DNA from: Acidimicrobiia bacterium
Lineage (GTDB): Bacteria > Actinomycetota > Acidimicrobiia > Spongiisociales > ZC4RG35
Direction of reading: 5' to 3'
Length of the DNA: 64,000 nt
Assembly: GCA_035512955.1 (NCBI GenBank)
Contig: DATKCZ010000027.1
Span: forward strand, 40,949 to 104,948
In this document: positions 31,360-39,836 of the stretch, piece after piece
Layout: the number at the start of each line of letters is the position of its first letter
How positions within the stretch are numbered: position 1 is the first letter of the stretch
Position numbers and translations under genes: made by a program
Notes under the pieces: generated by a model
Database searches by the model: none
The model's input: only the letters and a program-made list of their open reading frames with translations
Told to the model about the DNA's origin: nothing

Positions 31360-32955
31360 GTGACGGCGCGGCCGACCGCCATCCCGGCCACGCCACAACC
31401 GTCGGGGCGCGGCACCTATCGCTCCGGCTGGGGCTGGTGGGCCGCCGCCGTCGTCGTGCTCCTGCCGGCGCTGATCCCGCCGCTCAGCCTCGTCTACCAG
31501 GTGGTCACCGAAGGCACCGGTTCGTCGGTGCCTTTCTCCCGTCTCGCCATCCTCTTCGCGGGGACCATCGGCTTGACCGGCGCGGTCACGGTGACCGCCC
31601 TGGCCGTGGGGACCACCACGGCCTGGCTGACCACTCGGACCAACCTTCCCGGACGCAGGACTTGGACGATCGTGACCGCGCTGCCCCTGGTGATCCCGTC
31701 ATACATGGCAGCACTCACCATCATCGGGGCGACCGGCCCTGGAGGTCTGCTCTCCTCCTGGCTGGGGATAGAGGTGCCCACCCCCTACGGCTTCGTCGGT
31801 GCCTGGCTGGCGCTGTCGGTCTTCCTCGCCCCCATGGCGCACTTGATAGTCACGCCGGGCCTGCGCGCCATCGACCCGGCCACCGAGGAGGCGGCCACCG
31901 GTCTCGGAGCCTCCGGGCTCAGGGCGTTCTTCACGGTCACCCTCCCCCAGTTGCGCCCCGCCCTGGTCGCCGCGGGTCTCATGGTCGGCCTGTACACGGT
32001 GAGCGACTTCGGTGCGGTGTCACTGCTCAGGTTCGACACCTTCACCAGGGCCATCTTCACCCTCTACGCCGGCCAGCTCGACCGTCGCCCGGCGGCCACC
32101 CTCTCGGTGGTTCTGATGGCCCTCGCCCTGGTGATCCTGTTGCTGGAGCGACGCACCCGATCGCGTGCTGCCTACGCCACCGCGGCGCCCAAGAGAACCA
32201 GACGGCCCGTCCATCTGGGGCGCGGACCGCGTCTGGCATCACTCGGGTTTCTCGGTGGATATGCAGTGGTCGCTCTGGGCATCCCCGTCGCAGTTCTCGT
32301 CTTCTGGTTGACCCGGGGGTTGGCGGCCGGTGCGGAAATGGGCGGGTTGTGGGCGGAGACCACCAGATCCGTGGTGGTGTCGGTGGGCGCGGCACTGCTC
32401 GGAGTGGTCGCCTCTTTCCCGGTGGCGATGGTCACCACCTGGCGGCGCCGGCGGCTCTCGGCCGCCGTGGAGACCTCGGTGTGGTCGATCTACTCACTGC
32501 CCCATATCACGGTGGGCGTGGCCGTCGTCGCCTTCGCCCTCCAATTCGTCAGACCCCTCTACCAGACACTGGCGCTGCTCGTCGTGGTGTATGTGGGCAT
32601 GTTCATGGCCCAGTCGGTCTCCTCGATCCAGGACTCCCTGCAGCGGGCCAGCCCCGACCTCGAGGACGCCTCGCGTGGCCTGGGGCGCAGCCCACTGCAG
32701 ACCCTGGCCAGGGTCACCGTCCCCCTGACCACGCCGGGCATCCTCGCCGGCACGGCCCTGGTGTTCCTCTCGGTCATGAAAGAGCTCCCGGCGACGCTGC
32801 TTCTCCGGCCGAACGGCTTCGAGACCCTGGCGATTCGGATTTGGAGCGCCACGGGCGAGGGCTTCTACACCAGGGCCAGCGCGGCGAGTCTGGCTCTGCT
32901 TGCGGTCTCGATCGTGCCACTCTTGGTGTTGACGCATCGTGACCTCAGCTCCTGA
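31360..32955 (+). CDS. fbpB: Fe3+-type ABC transporter permease
   Basis: Two EAA loops (EEAATGLG, EDASRGLG); MKELPATLLL motif. Confidence 0.88.
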   Translation: MTARPTAIPATPQPSGRGTYRSGWGWWAAAVVVLLPALIPPLSLVYQVVTEGTGSSVPFSRLAILFAGTIGLTGAVTVTALAVGTTTAWLTTRTNLPGRRTWTIVTALPLVIPSYMAALTIIGATGPGGLLSSWLGIEVPTPYGFVGAWLALSVFLAPMAHLIVTPGLRAIDPATEEAATGLGASGLRAFFTVTLPQLRPALVAAGLMVGLYTVSDFGAVSLLRFDTFTRAIFTLYAGQLDRRPAATLSVVLMALALVILLLERRTRSRAAYATAAPKRTRRPVHLGRGPRLASLGFLGGYAVVALGIPVAVLVFWLTRGLAAGAEMGGLWAETTRSVVVSVGAALLGVVASFPVAMVTTWRRRRLSAAVETSVWSIYSLPHITVGVAVVAFALQFVRPLYQTLALLVVVYVGMFMAQSVSSIQDSLQRASPDLEDASRGLGRSPLQTLARVTVPLTTPGILAGTALVFLSVMKELPATLLLRPNGFETLAIRIWSATGEGFYTRASAASLALLAVSIVPLLVLTHRDLSS

Positions 32956-33964
32956 CCGACTGACAATCCGGGCCCGCGGCCTCACCAAGAGCTATGGCGA
33001 CGTGGTGGCCCTCAACGACTTCAACCTCGACGTGTGGGAGGGGAGTCTGCTCACCCTCCTCGGTCCCTCGGGGTGTGGCAAGACGACCGCGCTACGGGTG
33101 ATCGCCGGGTTCGAGTCCGCTGCGGGAACCGTGGAGATCAGGGGTCGAAGAGTCCTCGGGGAAGGAGTGTTCGTCCCACCGGAGAAGCGACGGGTGGGGA
33201 TGGTGTTCCAGGACTATGCCCTGTTCCCTCACATGACCGTGGCCCGCAACGTCTCCTACGGGCTGGGTCGCGGCACCGACGCCACCCGCGTCGATGAGGT
33301 GCTCGAGTTGGTGGGGATGCAGGGTCTGGGAGACCGCATGCCACACGAGCTGTCGGGTGGCCAGCAGCAACGAGTCGCCTTGGCGCGGGCGATGGCCCCC
33401 TCCCCCGACGTCGTCCTCCTCGACGAGCCCTTCTCCAATCTCGACGCCAACCTGAGAGACCGGGTGCGACGTGAGCTGAAGCTGATCCTCACCGAGGCGC
33501 GCACCACTGCGGTGCTGGTGACCCATGACCAGGAGGAGGCATTGGCCACCTCCGACCTGGTGGCGGTGATGTACCAGGGTCGGGTCGTCCAATTCGACTC
33601 GCCTTCCCAGCTGTACACCGCACCCGCAGACCCTTGGGTCGCCGACTTCCTCGGCGATGCCGACGTGCTCCATGCCACCGGGCACCGCGGGTACGCCGAC
33701 ACCATGCTGGGACGTTTCAAGACCGACCTGCGAGGACCGGTCCTGGTCGTGGTCAGACCAGAGGATGTCCAGCTCTCCATCGGTGAGGCACCCAACGCGG
33801 TGGTGGCCCACACCGAGTTCTTCGGCCACGATCAATTGGTGACGGTCGCCCTGCCCGGGGGCACCCGGGTCCGGTCCCGGATCGGGCCCCGCCCCAAGTA
33901 CGACCCCGGGGACAACGTGCGGGTGAGGGCCGTCCATGCCCGGGTCTTCGCGGTCCGTTCCTAG
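32939..33964 (+). CDS. fbpC: Fe3+-type ABC transporter ATP-binding protein
   Basis: Walker A GPSGCGKTT, LSGGQQQR signature, VLLDEP, C-terminal TOBE-like region. Confidence 0.9.
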   Translation: MTSAPDRLTIRARGLTKSYGDVVALNDFNLDVWEGSLLTLLGPSGCGKTTALRVIAGFESAAGTVEIRGRRVLGEGVFVPPEKRRVGMVFQDYALFPHMTVARNVSYGLGRGTDATRVDEVLELVGMQGLGDRMPHELSGGQQQRVALARAMAPSPDVVLLDEPFSNLDANLRDRVRRELKLILTEARTTAVLVTHDQEEALATSDLVAVMYQGRVVQFDSPSQLYTAPADPWVADFLGDADVLHATGHRGYADTMLGRFKTDLRGPVLVVVRPEDVQLSIGEAPNAVVAHTEFFGHDQLVTVALPGGTRVRSRIGPRPKYDPGDNVRVRAVHARVFAVRS

Positions 33965-34026
33965 TCTTGCCCACCCCACGCCGCCAGGGTCCAGACCAGG
34001 AGGGCAATGGCGAGAGGGAGCCTCAT
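33961..34026 (-). CDS. 21-aa hydrophobic peptide MRLPLAIALLVWTLAAWGGQD (microprotein or truncated gene remnant)
   Basis: ATG overlaps the moaA stop (ATGA); its TAG shares CTAG with the fbpC stop on the other strand; a single TM-like helix. Confidence 0.4.
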   Translation of the reverse strand: MRLPLAIALLVWTLAAWGGQD

Positions 34027-35030
34027 CCGCCGATGTAGGACATCTCGACCGGGACCGCGAGACGGGAGGTGTTCGAGGAGCGGACCTCTGAGTAGCGGTC
34101 GTCACGCTTCCCCCAGACCTCATCGATGGTCGCCCCGACGTCTCCACCGGACCGGATCACCTCACGCAGGCTGGTTCCCGACGATGCAAACAGACAGGTG
34201 TACAACGAGCCTTCGGCCGAGATCCTGGCCCGGGTGCAAGATCCGCAGAACGGCTTGGTCACGGAGGCGATCACCCCCACCTCCCCCTGGCCGTCGAGAT
34301 ACCTGAAGCGATTCGCCACCTCGCCGGGATAGTTGGGCGGCACCGCCTCCAACGGAAACTCGGCGTTGATCGCCTCGATGATCCGATCGGCGGGCACCAC
34401 ATCGTCGAGACGCCATCCGTTGGTGTTACCCACGTCCATATACTCGATGAAGCGTACGATTTGGCCGGTGCCACGGAAGTGACGGGCCATGTCGACGACG
34501 GCGTGCTCGTTGACCCCCCTCTTGATCACTGCGTTGACCTTGACCGGGCCCAGCCCGCACTCCGATGCCACCTCGATCGCCCTGAGGACCGTCGCCACGG
34601 GAAAACCGACATCGTTCATCTTCTGAAAAGTGGGATCGTCCATCGCGTCGAGGCTGACGGTGACCCGGTCGAGCCCGGCGGAGGCCAGAGCCTCGGCCTT
34701 CCTCTCGAGAAGAGACGCATTGGTCGTCAACGTCAGGTCATGGACCCCTTCGACCGTGGAGATCATCCCGATCAGATCTTCGATCCCTTTGCGGAGCAAC
34801 GGCTCGCCACCGGTGAGCCTCGCCTTGGTGACCCCGCGGGCGACGAACTGACCCACCACCGCGGTTATCTCTTCGAAGGTGAGCAATTGGTCCCGGGGCA
34901 GGAACTCGTAACCGGGCCCGAACACCTCCTTTGGCATGCAGTAGGTGCAGCGAAAATTGCATCGGTCGGTCACCGAGATCCTGAGATCCCGCAACTGCCG
35001 ATCGAACAGATCGGTGGCGACTGCCATCAC
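34023..35030 (-). CDS. moaA: GTP 3',8-cyclase
   Basis: LRISVTDRCNFRCTYCMP (radical SAM), FCGSCTRARISAEG, C-terminal MSYIGG. Confidence 0.97.
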   Translation of the reverse strand: MMAVATDLFDRQLRDLRISVTDRCNFRCTYCMPKEVFGPGYEFLPRDQLLTFEEITAVVGQFVARGVTKARLTGGEPLLRKGIEDLIGMISTVEGVHDLTLTTNASLLERKAEALASAGLDRVTVSLDAMDDPTFQKMNDVGFPVATVLRAIEVASECGLGPVKVNAVIKRGVNEHAVVDMARHFRGTGQIVRFIEYMDVGNTNGWRLDDVVPADRIIEAINAEFPLEAVPPNYPGEVANRFRYLDGQGEVGVIASVTKPFCGSCTRARISAEGSLYTCLFASSGTSLREVIRSGGDVGATIDEVWGKRDDRYSEVRSSNTSRLAVPVEMSYIGG

Positions 35031-35161
35031 CCGACAAGCCTAAGCAACTGGCACCGATACGCCGGATGCAGGACCAGGCGTCGTCCGGGTTGGGCCCAAC
35101 GGCCCACACAGGAACTCTCCTCACCGATCGATGGTTGGGGACCAACCGTGGGAACCGTCGA

Positions 35162-35341
35162 ATGCGTCAAGTGAAACACGGCCGTCATGAGCGGAGCGAG
35201 TGCCGGCATCGCAAGAAGAAGATCCACGAGACCGCGGGTCTCCGCCGCACCGTGTGCCCGAAATGCAGGAGCGTCACCGTCGACTTCATCCACGACGTAT
35301 TCGCCGAGGCACAAGAGCAGCTGCGACGATTGACTGACTAG
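35162..35341 (+). CDS. Small Cys/His (putative zinc-ribbon) protein, paralog 1
   Basis: MRQVKHGRHERSECRHRKKKIHETAGLRRTVCPKCRSVTVDF...; motif aligns without gaps to the next ORF. Start is uncertain (35066 is possible). Confidence 0.65.
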   Translation: MRQVKHGRHERSECRHRKKKIHETAGLRRTVCPKCRSVTVDFIHDVFAEAQEQLRRLTD

Positions 35342-35402
35342 TCACAATGAGTCGATCGACGATGGCACCCAAGACCGTGGCGCCAAGACCGATCAAGAGA
35401 CC

Positions 35403-35591
35403 ATGACATTCAGCAGCAGGGCCAGACGGCGTGCCATTTACGACTGCACCCATGAGACCACGGTGCAAACCGAGATCTCCGGTCTCAGGCGGTCGGTGTG
35501 CGAGACGTGTGGTCATGTCAGCTTCGAGTACGTCGCGAACCACCTCAAGCCCGAGCAGATCGAGGCCGTTCAGGCCGCATCGTCCAACTGA
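35403..35591 (+). CDS. Small Cys/His (putative zinc-ribbon) protein, paralog 2
   Basis: MTFSSRARRRAIYDCTHETTVQTEISGLRRSVCETCGHVSFEY...; same C-x-H-x6-E-x2-GLRR-[TS]-V-C-x2-C motif. Confidence 0.7.
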   Translation: MTFSSRARRRAIYDCTHETTVQTEISGLRRSVCETCGHVSFEYVANHLKPEQIEAVQAASSN

Positions 35592-36730
35592 GCGCGCCAG
35601 GTCGCCATCCACGCGCCGAGACCGAGGGGTAGCACCGCCAACGGCACCAGCCAACCCACCCAAGGCAGGTACCAGACCAACCCGACGAGGATCGAGCCGG
35701 CCATGATCGCCCCGTAGAGGTCGAACCGTCTGAAGAGAGCGCCACCCAACCATCCGACGGTGGGAGCCCCCGCCACCAGGCTCAGACCGAAGGCGAGACC
35801 CACCAGTGCGAGGACCAGCGGAGCCAGCACCGCGAGCAGGGGGAAGGCCGCCGCCGCCGGCGCCAGACCAAGCACCAGCCCCGTGACCAGCATCGCCAAC
35901 AACGGAGACGACAGGACCAGGGCGCCGGCCAGCCACCTGCGCAACGGGGCCCTACCCACTTCGGCGATTGCCTGACCTGTCCTCCGTGGCCAACCGTAGG
36001 CGGCGCTCAACGCGGCCACCGAGAGGAACAAGACCACCATGAAACGGCCGAGGAGCCCGAGCGCCCTGACCCGGAGGTTGGGGGGCAGCGGTGTCTTGTG
36101 CGCCACGGTGCCGGCGACCTCGCCGAGCTCCAGTCCCTGGGCCTCACGATCGGAGCGATAGCCCAGGTCTCCCCCCACCGTGAGACTCTCCACCACCGTG
36201 AGGCGCGCGGTCGACACGTCGACATCGCCGGCGATCGTCCCGGCCAGTTCGAGGTGGCGGGGTGTCCCGGTGAGGTCGGCCCCTATCGCACCGAGGAGCT
36301 CGGCGTTCCACGCCCACATCAACACGTCACCGGCGACCCTGGACGACGCTGAGAGCTCGGCGTCGAAGACCGCTGCCACGACATCTCCTGCCACCACACC
36401 GGTGATGGTGAGACGGTTGGCGGACACCCGCAGCGAGTCTCCGATCTCGCCGTTGACCGTGATCCTCGGGGTGAGCGCCACCACCGATCCGGTTATGGTC
36501 CCGTCGATGACGATCTCCTCGGCGGCGAACGCGATCAAGTCGCCTTCGATGGTCCCTTCGACCAGAACCCGGATCGCCCCCGCATAGAGATCGTCGGGGA
36601 AGACGTCGTCCTCGCGAATGATCACGAACTCGGCGTTCGAGGTCTCGGCAGCGAGCACCGGTGCAGACATGCCGAAGAGCAGCAACCCGGTGACCACGGC
36701 GAGCAGCGCCTTGTCAGAGCGGGAGCGCAT
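35570..36730 (-). CDS. Secreted beta-helix (bactofilin/polymer-forming-like) domain plus multi-TM membrane protein
   Basis: Signal peptide, repeated (I/V)xGx(I/V)xGD(V/L) beta-helix turns, then about 5-6 hydrophobic helices. Start overlaps the nuoN stop. Confidence 0.7.
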   Translation of the reverse strand: MRSRSDKALLAVVTGLLLFGMSAPVLAAETSNAEFVIIREDDVFPDDLYAGAIRVLVEGTIEGDLIAFAAEEIVIDGTITGSVVALTPRITVNGEIGDSLRVSANRLTITGVVAGDVVAAVFDAELSASSRVAGDVLMWAWNAELLGAIGADLTGTPRHLELAGTIAGDVDVSTARLTVVESLTVGGDLGYRSDREAQGLELGEVAGTVAHKTPLPPNLRVRALGLLGRFMVVLFLSVAALSAAYGWPRRTGQAIAEVGRAPLRRWLAGALVLSSPLLAMLVTGLVLGLAPAAAAFPLLAVLAPLVLALVGLAFGLSLVAGAPTVGWLGGALFRRFDLYGAIMAGSILVGLVWYLPWVGWLVPLAVLPLGLGAWMATWRAQLDDAA

Positions 36731-38171
36731 TGGCCGCCATGCTGAGGAGCGACCCGGGGAGGATGCCCCAGACGATCGTGGTGCCCACCGCCGCGGCGAG
36801 AACCCACCTGACCGTGCCGGGCACGTCGACTTCGGAGACCTCGCCGTCGTCCATGTACATCGCGACGATTATCCGCAGATAGAACGCAAAGGCGATCACC
36901 GAGGCCAGCACCGCCACCACCACCAACCACTCGTGGCCGGCGCGCCATGCCTCGGTGAAGACCCCGAACTTGGCAATGAATCCCGACGTGACCGGGAGAC
37001 CGGCCATCCCGAGCAACAAGACGGTGAATGACCCCGCCAGGAGCGGGCTGCGACGGCCCAGACCTCTGTATGCCTCGAGCGCCGACTCCGAGTTGTCCGC
37101 CCCCGACACTGCGGCCACCACCGCGAACGACCCCACCAGTTGCAGCGAGTACACCGCGACATAGAAGAGGACACCTTCGACAGAGCCCCCGACGACCCCG
37201 GTCAAGATGAACCCGGCATGGGCCACACCGGAGTAGGCGAGCATCCGCCTGACGTCACCCTGAACCAGGGCGAGCATCGATCCGACCAGCATCGACAGAG
37301 CAGCCATCCCCGACACGACGGGCACCCAATCGGCTTCGAGAGAGCCGAGCCCGGTCACCAGGATGCGGGCGATGGCGACGAACCCGGCGATTTTTGCCAT
37401 CGCTGCCATGTATCCGACCAATCCTGCCGGCGCGCCTTGATAGACGTCGGGCGCCCAGGAGTGGAAAGGTGCCGCCGACACCTTGAACCCGAGGCCCACG
37501 ATCACGAGACCGAGGCCGATCAGGATCACCGCCGGTGACAAGACCACGAAGTCGTTGAGATAGCCCCGTATCGCCAGGACCTCGAACTCGCCGGTCCCGG
37601 CATAGAGGAGAGCCACGCCATAGATGAAGATGGCCGAGGCGAACGAGCCGAGCAGGAAGTACTTGATGGCCGCCTCGTCGGACCGGGAGTGCTCCCGTGA
37701 CATCCCCGCCAGGACGTAGAGGGCGATGGAGCCGATTTCGAGACCGAGGAACATCATGACCAGGTTGTTGGAGGCCACCATGATCGAGAAGCCTGCCGTG
37801 GCCAACAGGACCAGGGCCACCGCCTCGGCGCCGCGTCGGCCCAGGCCGACGAGGTACCGCCAGCCGGCGAGGAGCCCGAACCCGGTCGCCGCGAGCAGGG
37901 CGAACCTGGCGAAAACGGCGAAACCGTCCATCACGATCAGCCCGGAGAAGACGATGAGGTCACCGCTCTGGCCGAGACCGGCTGCATGAGCGGCAAGGGC
38001 CCATTGCAGCACGGAGAATGCCGAGGCGAACACCACGGTGCCCGCCGCGATCGTGCCCAGAGTGGCGGCCGCCGGCTTCCACTGCACTTCTACGAGGAGC
38101 ACCGCCGCAGCCCCCAGCGCGAGGAGGAGCTCGGGGGCGATCGCGATCCAGGAGATCTCCGGGGTGATCAT
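36714..38171 (-). CDS. nuoN: NADH-quinone oxidoreductase subunit N (operon 2)
   Basis: EAAIKYFLLG, FKVSAAPFHSWAPDVYQGAP, RRMLAYSGVAHAG motifs. Confidence 0.95.
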   Translation of the reverse strand: MITPEISWIAIAPELLLALGAAAVLLVEVQWKPAAATLGTIAAGTVVFASAFSVLQWALAAHAAGLGQSGDLIVFSGLIVMDGFAVFARFALLAATGFGLLAGWRYLVGLGRRGAEAVALVLLATAGFSIMVASNNLVMMFLGLEIGSIALYVLAGMSREHSRSDEAAIKYFLLGSFASAIFIYGVALLYAGTGEFEVLAIRGYLNDFVVLSPAVILIGLGLVIVGLGFKVSAAPFHSWAPDVYQGAPAGLVGYMAAMAKIAGFVAIARILVTGLGSLEADWVPVVSGMAALSMLVGSMLALVQGDVRRMLAYSGVAHAGFILTGVVGGSVEGVLFYVAVYSLQLVGSFAVVAAVSGADNSESALEAYRGLGRRSPLLAGSFTVLLLGMAGLPVTSGFIAKFGVFTEAWRAGHEWLVVVAVLASVIAFAFYLRIIVAMYMDDGEVSEVDVPGTVRWVLAAAVGTTIVWGILPGSLLSMAANALPL

Positions 38172-39700
38172 CCCTGGTCGCCTCCCGCCACGAAGACATC
38201 GCCGAGACGGCCCGGCTGTGGCACCCGATAGTCGGTCGTCGCCTCGATGTGATCGAGCACCGCCTCGGTGGACGGTGCGATCTTGTCGAGGAGGATGTTC
38301 GGGTAGAGGCCGAGCAGGAGGACCAGGGCGGCCAGCGGCGCCAGCAGGGAGACCTCACGGATCGACAAGTCGGCCAGCAGCTGGTTCTCCTCCTTGTCGG
38401 GTGCACCGGTGAAGACTCGTTCATACGCCCAGAGGAGATAGATCGCGGCGAGGATGACCCCGGAGGCGGCGATGATTGCCAGCACCGGGAGGGTCGAGAA
38501 GCTTCCGACGAGGACGAGGAACTCGCCAACGAAGCCGTTGAGACCGGGCAGACCGATCGAGGCGAAGATCATGAAGAGGAAAAACCCCGCATAGATCGGC
38601 ATGACCTTTTGCAGACCGCCGAGCTCGGAGATCTGCTTGGTGTGTCGTCTCTCGTAGATCATGCCCACCAGGAGGAACAACGCCCCCGTGGTCAGCCCAT
38701 GGTTGACGTTCTGGATGACCGCCCCCTGCAAGCCACCCGAGGTGAGGGCGAAAGTGCCGAGCACGATGAACCCGAGGTGGCTGACCGAGGAGTAGGCGAC
38801 CAATCTCTTGAGGTCGGGCTGCACGATGGCCACCACCGCCCCGTAGACGATTCCGATCACGGCCAGGACCCCCATGATCCACACCGCGTCGACCGTGGCT
38901 TCCGGGAACAGGGCGAGGTTGAAGCGGAGCAGCCCGTAGGTGCCGAGCTTCAGGAGGACGGCGGCGAGCAGGACCGAGCCCGCCGTCGGTGCCTCGGTGT
39001 GGGCGTCAGGCAGCCAGGTGTGCAGCGGGAACAAGGGCACCTTGATGGCGAAGGCGAGGGCGAATGCGGCGAACAGCCACCGCTCCGCCCCCGTCCCCAA
39101 CTCCAGGTTCAACAGGTCGGCAAGGGCGAACGAAGCCGAGCCGAACTGCTGGCCGTGGATGATGGCGAGGGCGATGATGCCGGCCAGCATCAGCGCCGAG
39201 CCGAACGCGGTGTAGATGAAGAACTTCATCGCCGCGTAGACCCGGCGATCGGTCCCCCAGATCCCGATGATGAAATACATGGGGATGAGCACCACTTCGA
39301 AGAACACGAAGAACAAGAAGAGGTCGAGGGAGAGGAACACACCGATCATCCCCGCTTCGAGGAGGAGGATGTAGACGACGAACTCCTTGGAACGGGTGGT
39401 GATTGCCGTCGAGGCGGCGAGGGCGATCGGCACCAAGATGGCGGTGAGCACCACCATGGGCATCGAGATGCCATCGACCCCGAGGTTCCAGGCGATGCCC
39501 CAGGGTTGATACCAGGAGTGGAGCTCGGTGAGCTGGTAACCCGCCACCGGCTCGAACACGGAGAAGAGATATACGGCCAGACCCATCGGCAATGCGGAAA
39601 GGGCGATCCCGAGAGGCAGATGGAGCTCGGTGCGGGCCCGGGGGGTGAGACCGACCACGATGGCGGCGGCGACAGGCAGAAGGATCAGCCAGGTCAACAA
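38168..39700 (-). CDS. nuoM: NADH-quinone oxidoreductase subunit M (operon 2)
   Basis: FFEVVLIPMYF, AIKVPLFPLHTWLPDAHTEAPT, PGLNGFVGEF motifs. Confidence 0.95.
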   Translation of the reverse strand: MLTWLILLPVAAAIVVGLTPRARTELHLPLGIALSALPMGLAVYLFSVFEPVAGYQLTELHSWYQPWGIAWNLGVDGISMPMVVLTAILVPIALAASTAITTRSKEFVVYILLLEAGMIGVFLSLDLFLFFVFFEVVLIPMYFIIGIWGTDRRVYAAMKFFIYTAFGSALMLAGIIALAIIHGQQFGSASFALADLLNLELGTGAERWLFAAFALAFAIKVPLFPLHTWLPDAHTEAPTAGSVLLAAVLLKLGTYGLLRFNLALFPEATVDAVWIMGVLAVIGIVYGAVVAIVQPDLKRLVAYSSVSHLGFIVLGTFALTSGGLQGAVIQNVNHGLTTGALFLLVGMIYERRHTKQISELGGLQKVMPIYAGFFLFMIFASIGLPGLNGFVGEFLVLVGSFSTLPVLAIIAASGVILAAIYLLWAYERVFTGAPDKEENQLLADLSIREVSLLAPLAALVLLLGLYPNILLDKIAPSTEAVLDHIEATTDYRVPQPGRLGDVFVAGGDQG

Positions 39701-39836
39701 CTCGTGTCACCTCCCCACGGGGCGACAGCTCCGGCCGGCCGGCGCATGCTCGTCCCGAGGAGTGCTGACCGGGCGACATCGAGCAGTGCCGGGCTGAGGG
39801 TCTCCGAGAGGCGTAGGCGACCCGAGTCGAACCTGG

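Noticed and set aside
35031-35161. Moco riboswitch upstream of moaA
   Set aside because: moaA appears leaderless (TAGGCT 6 nt before GTG), leaving no 5' UTR, and no recognisable Moco RNA features were seen.
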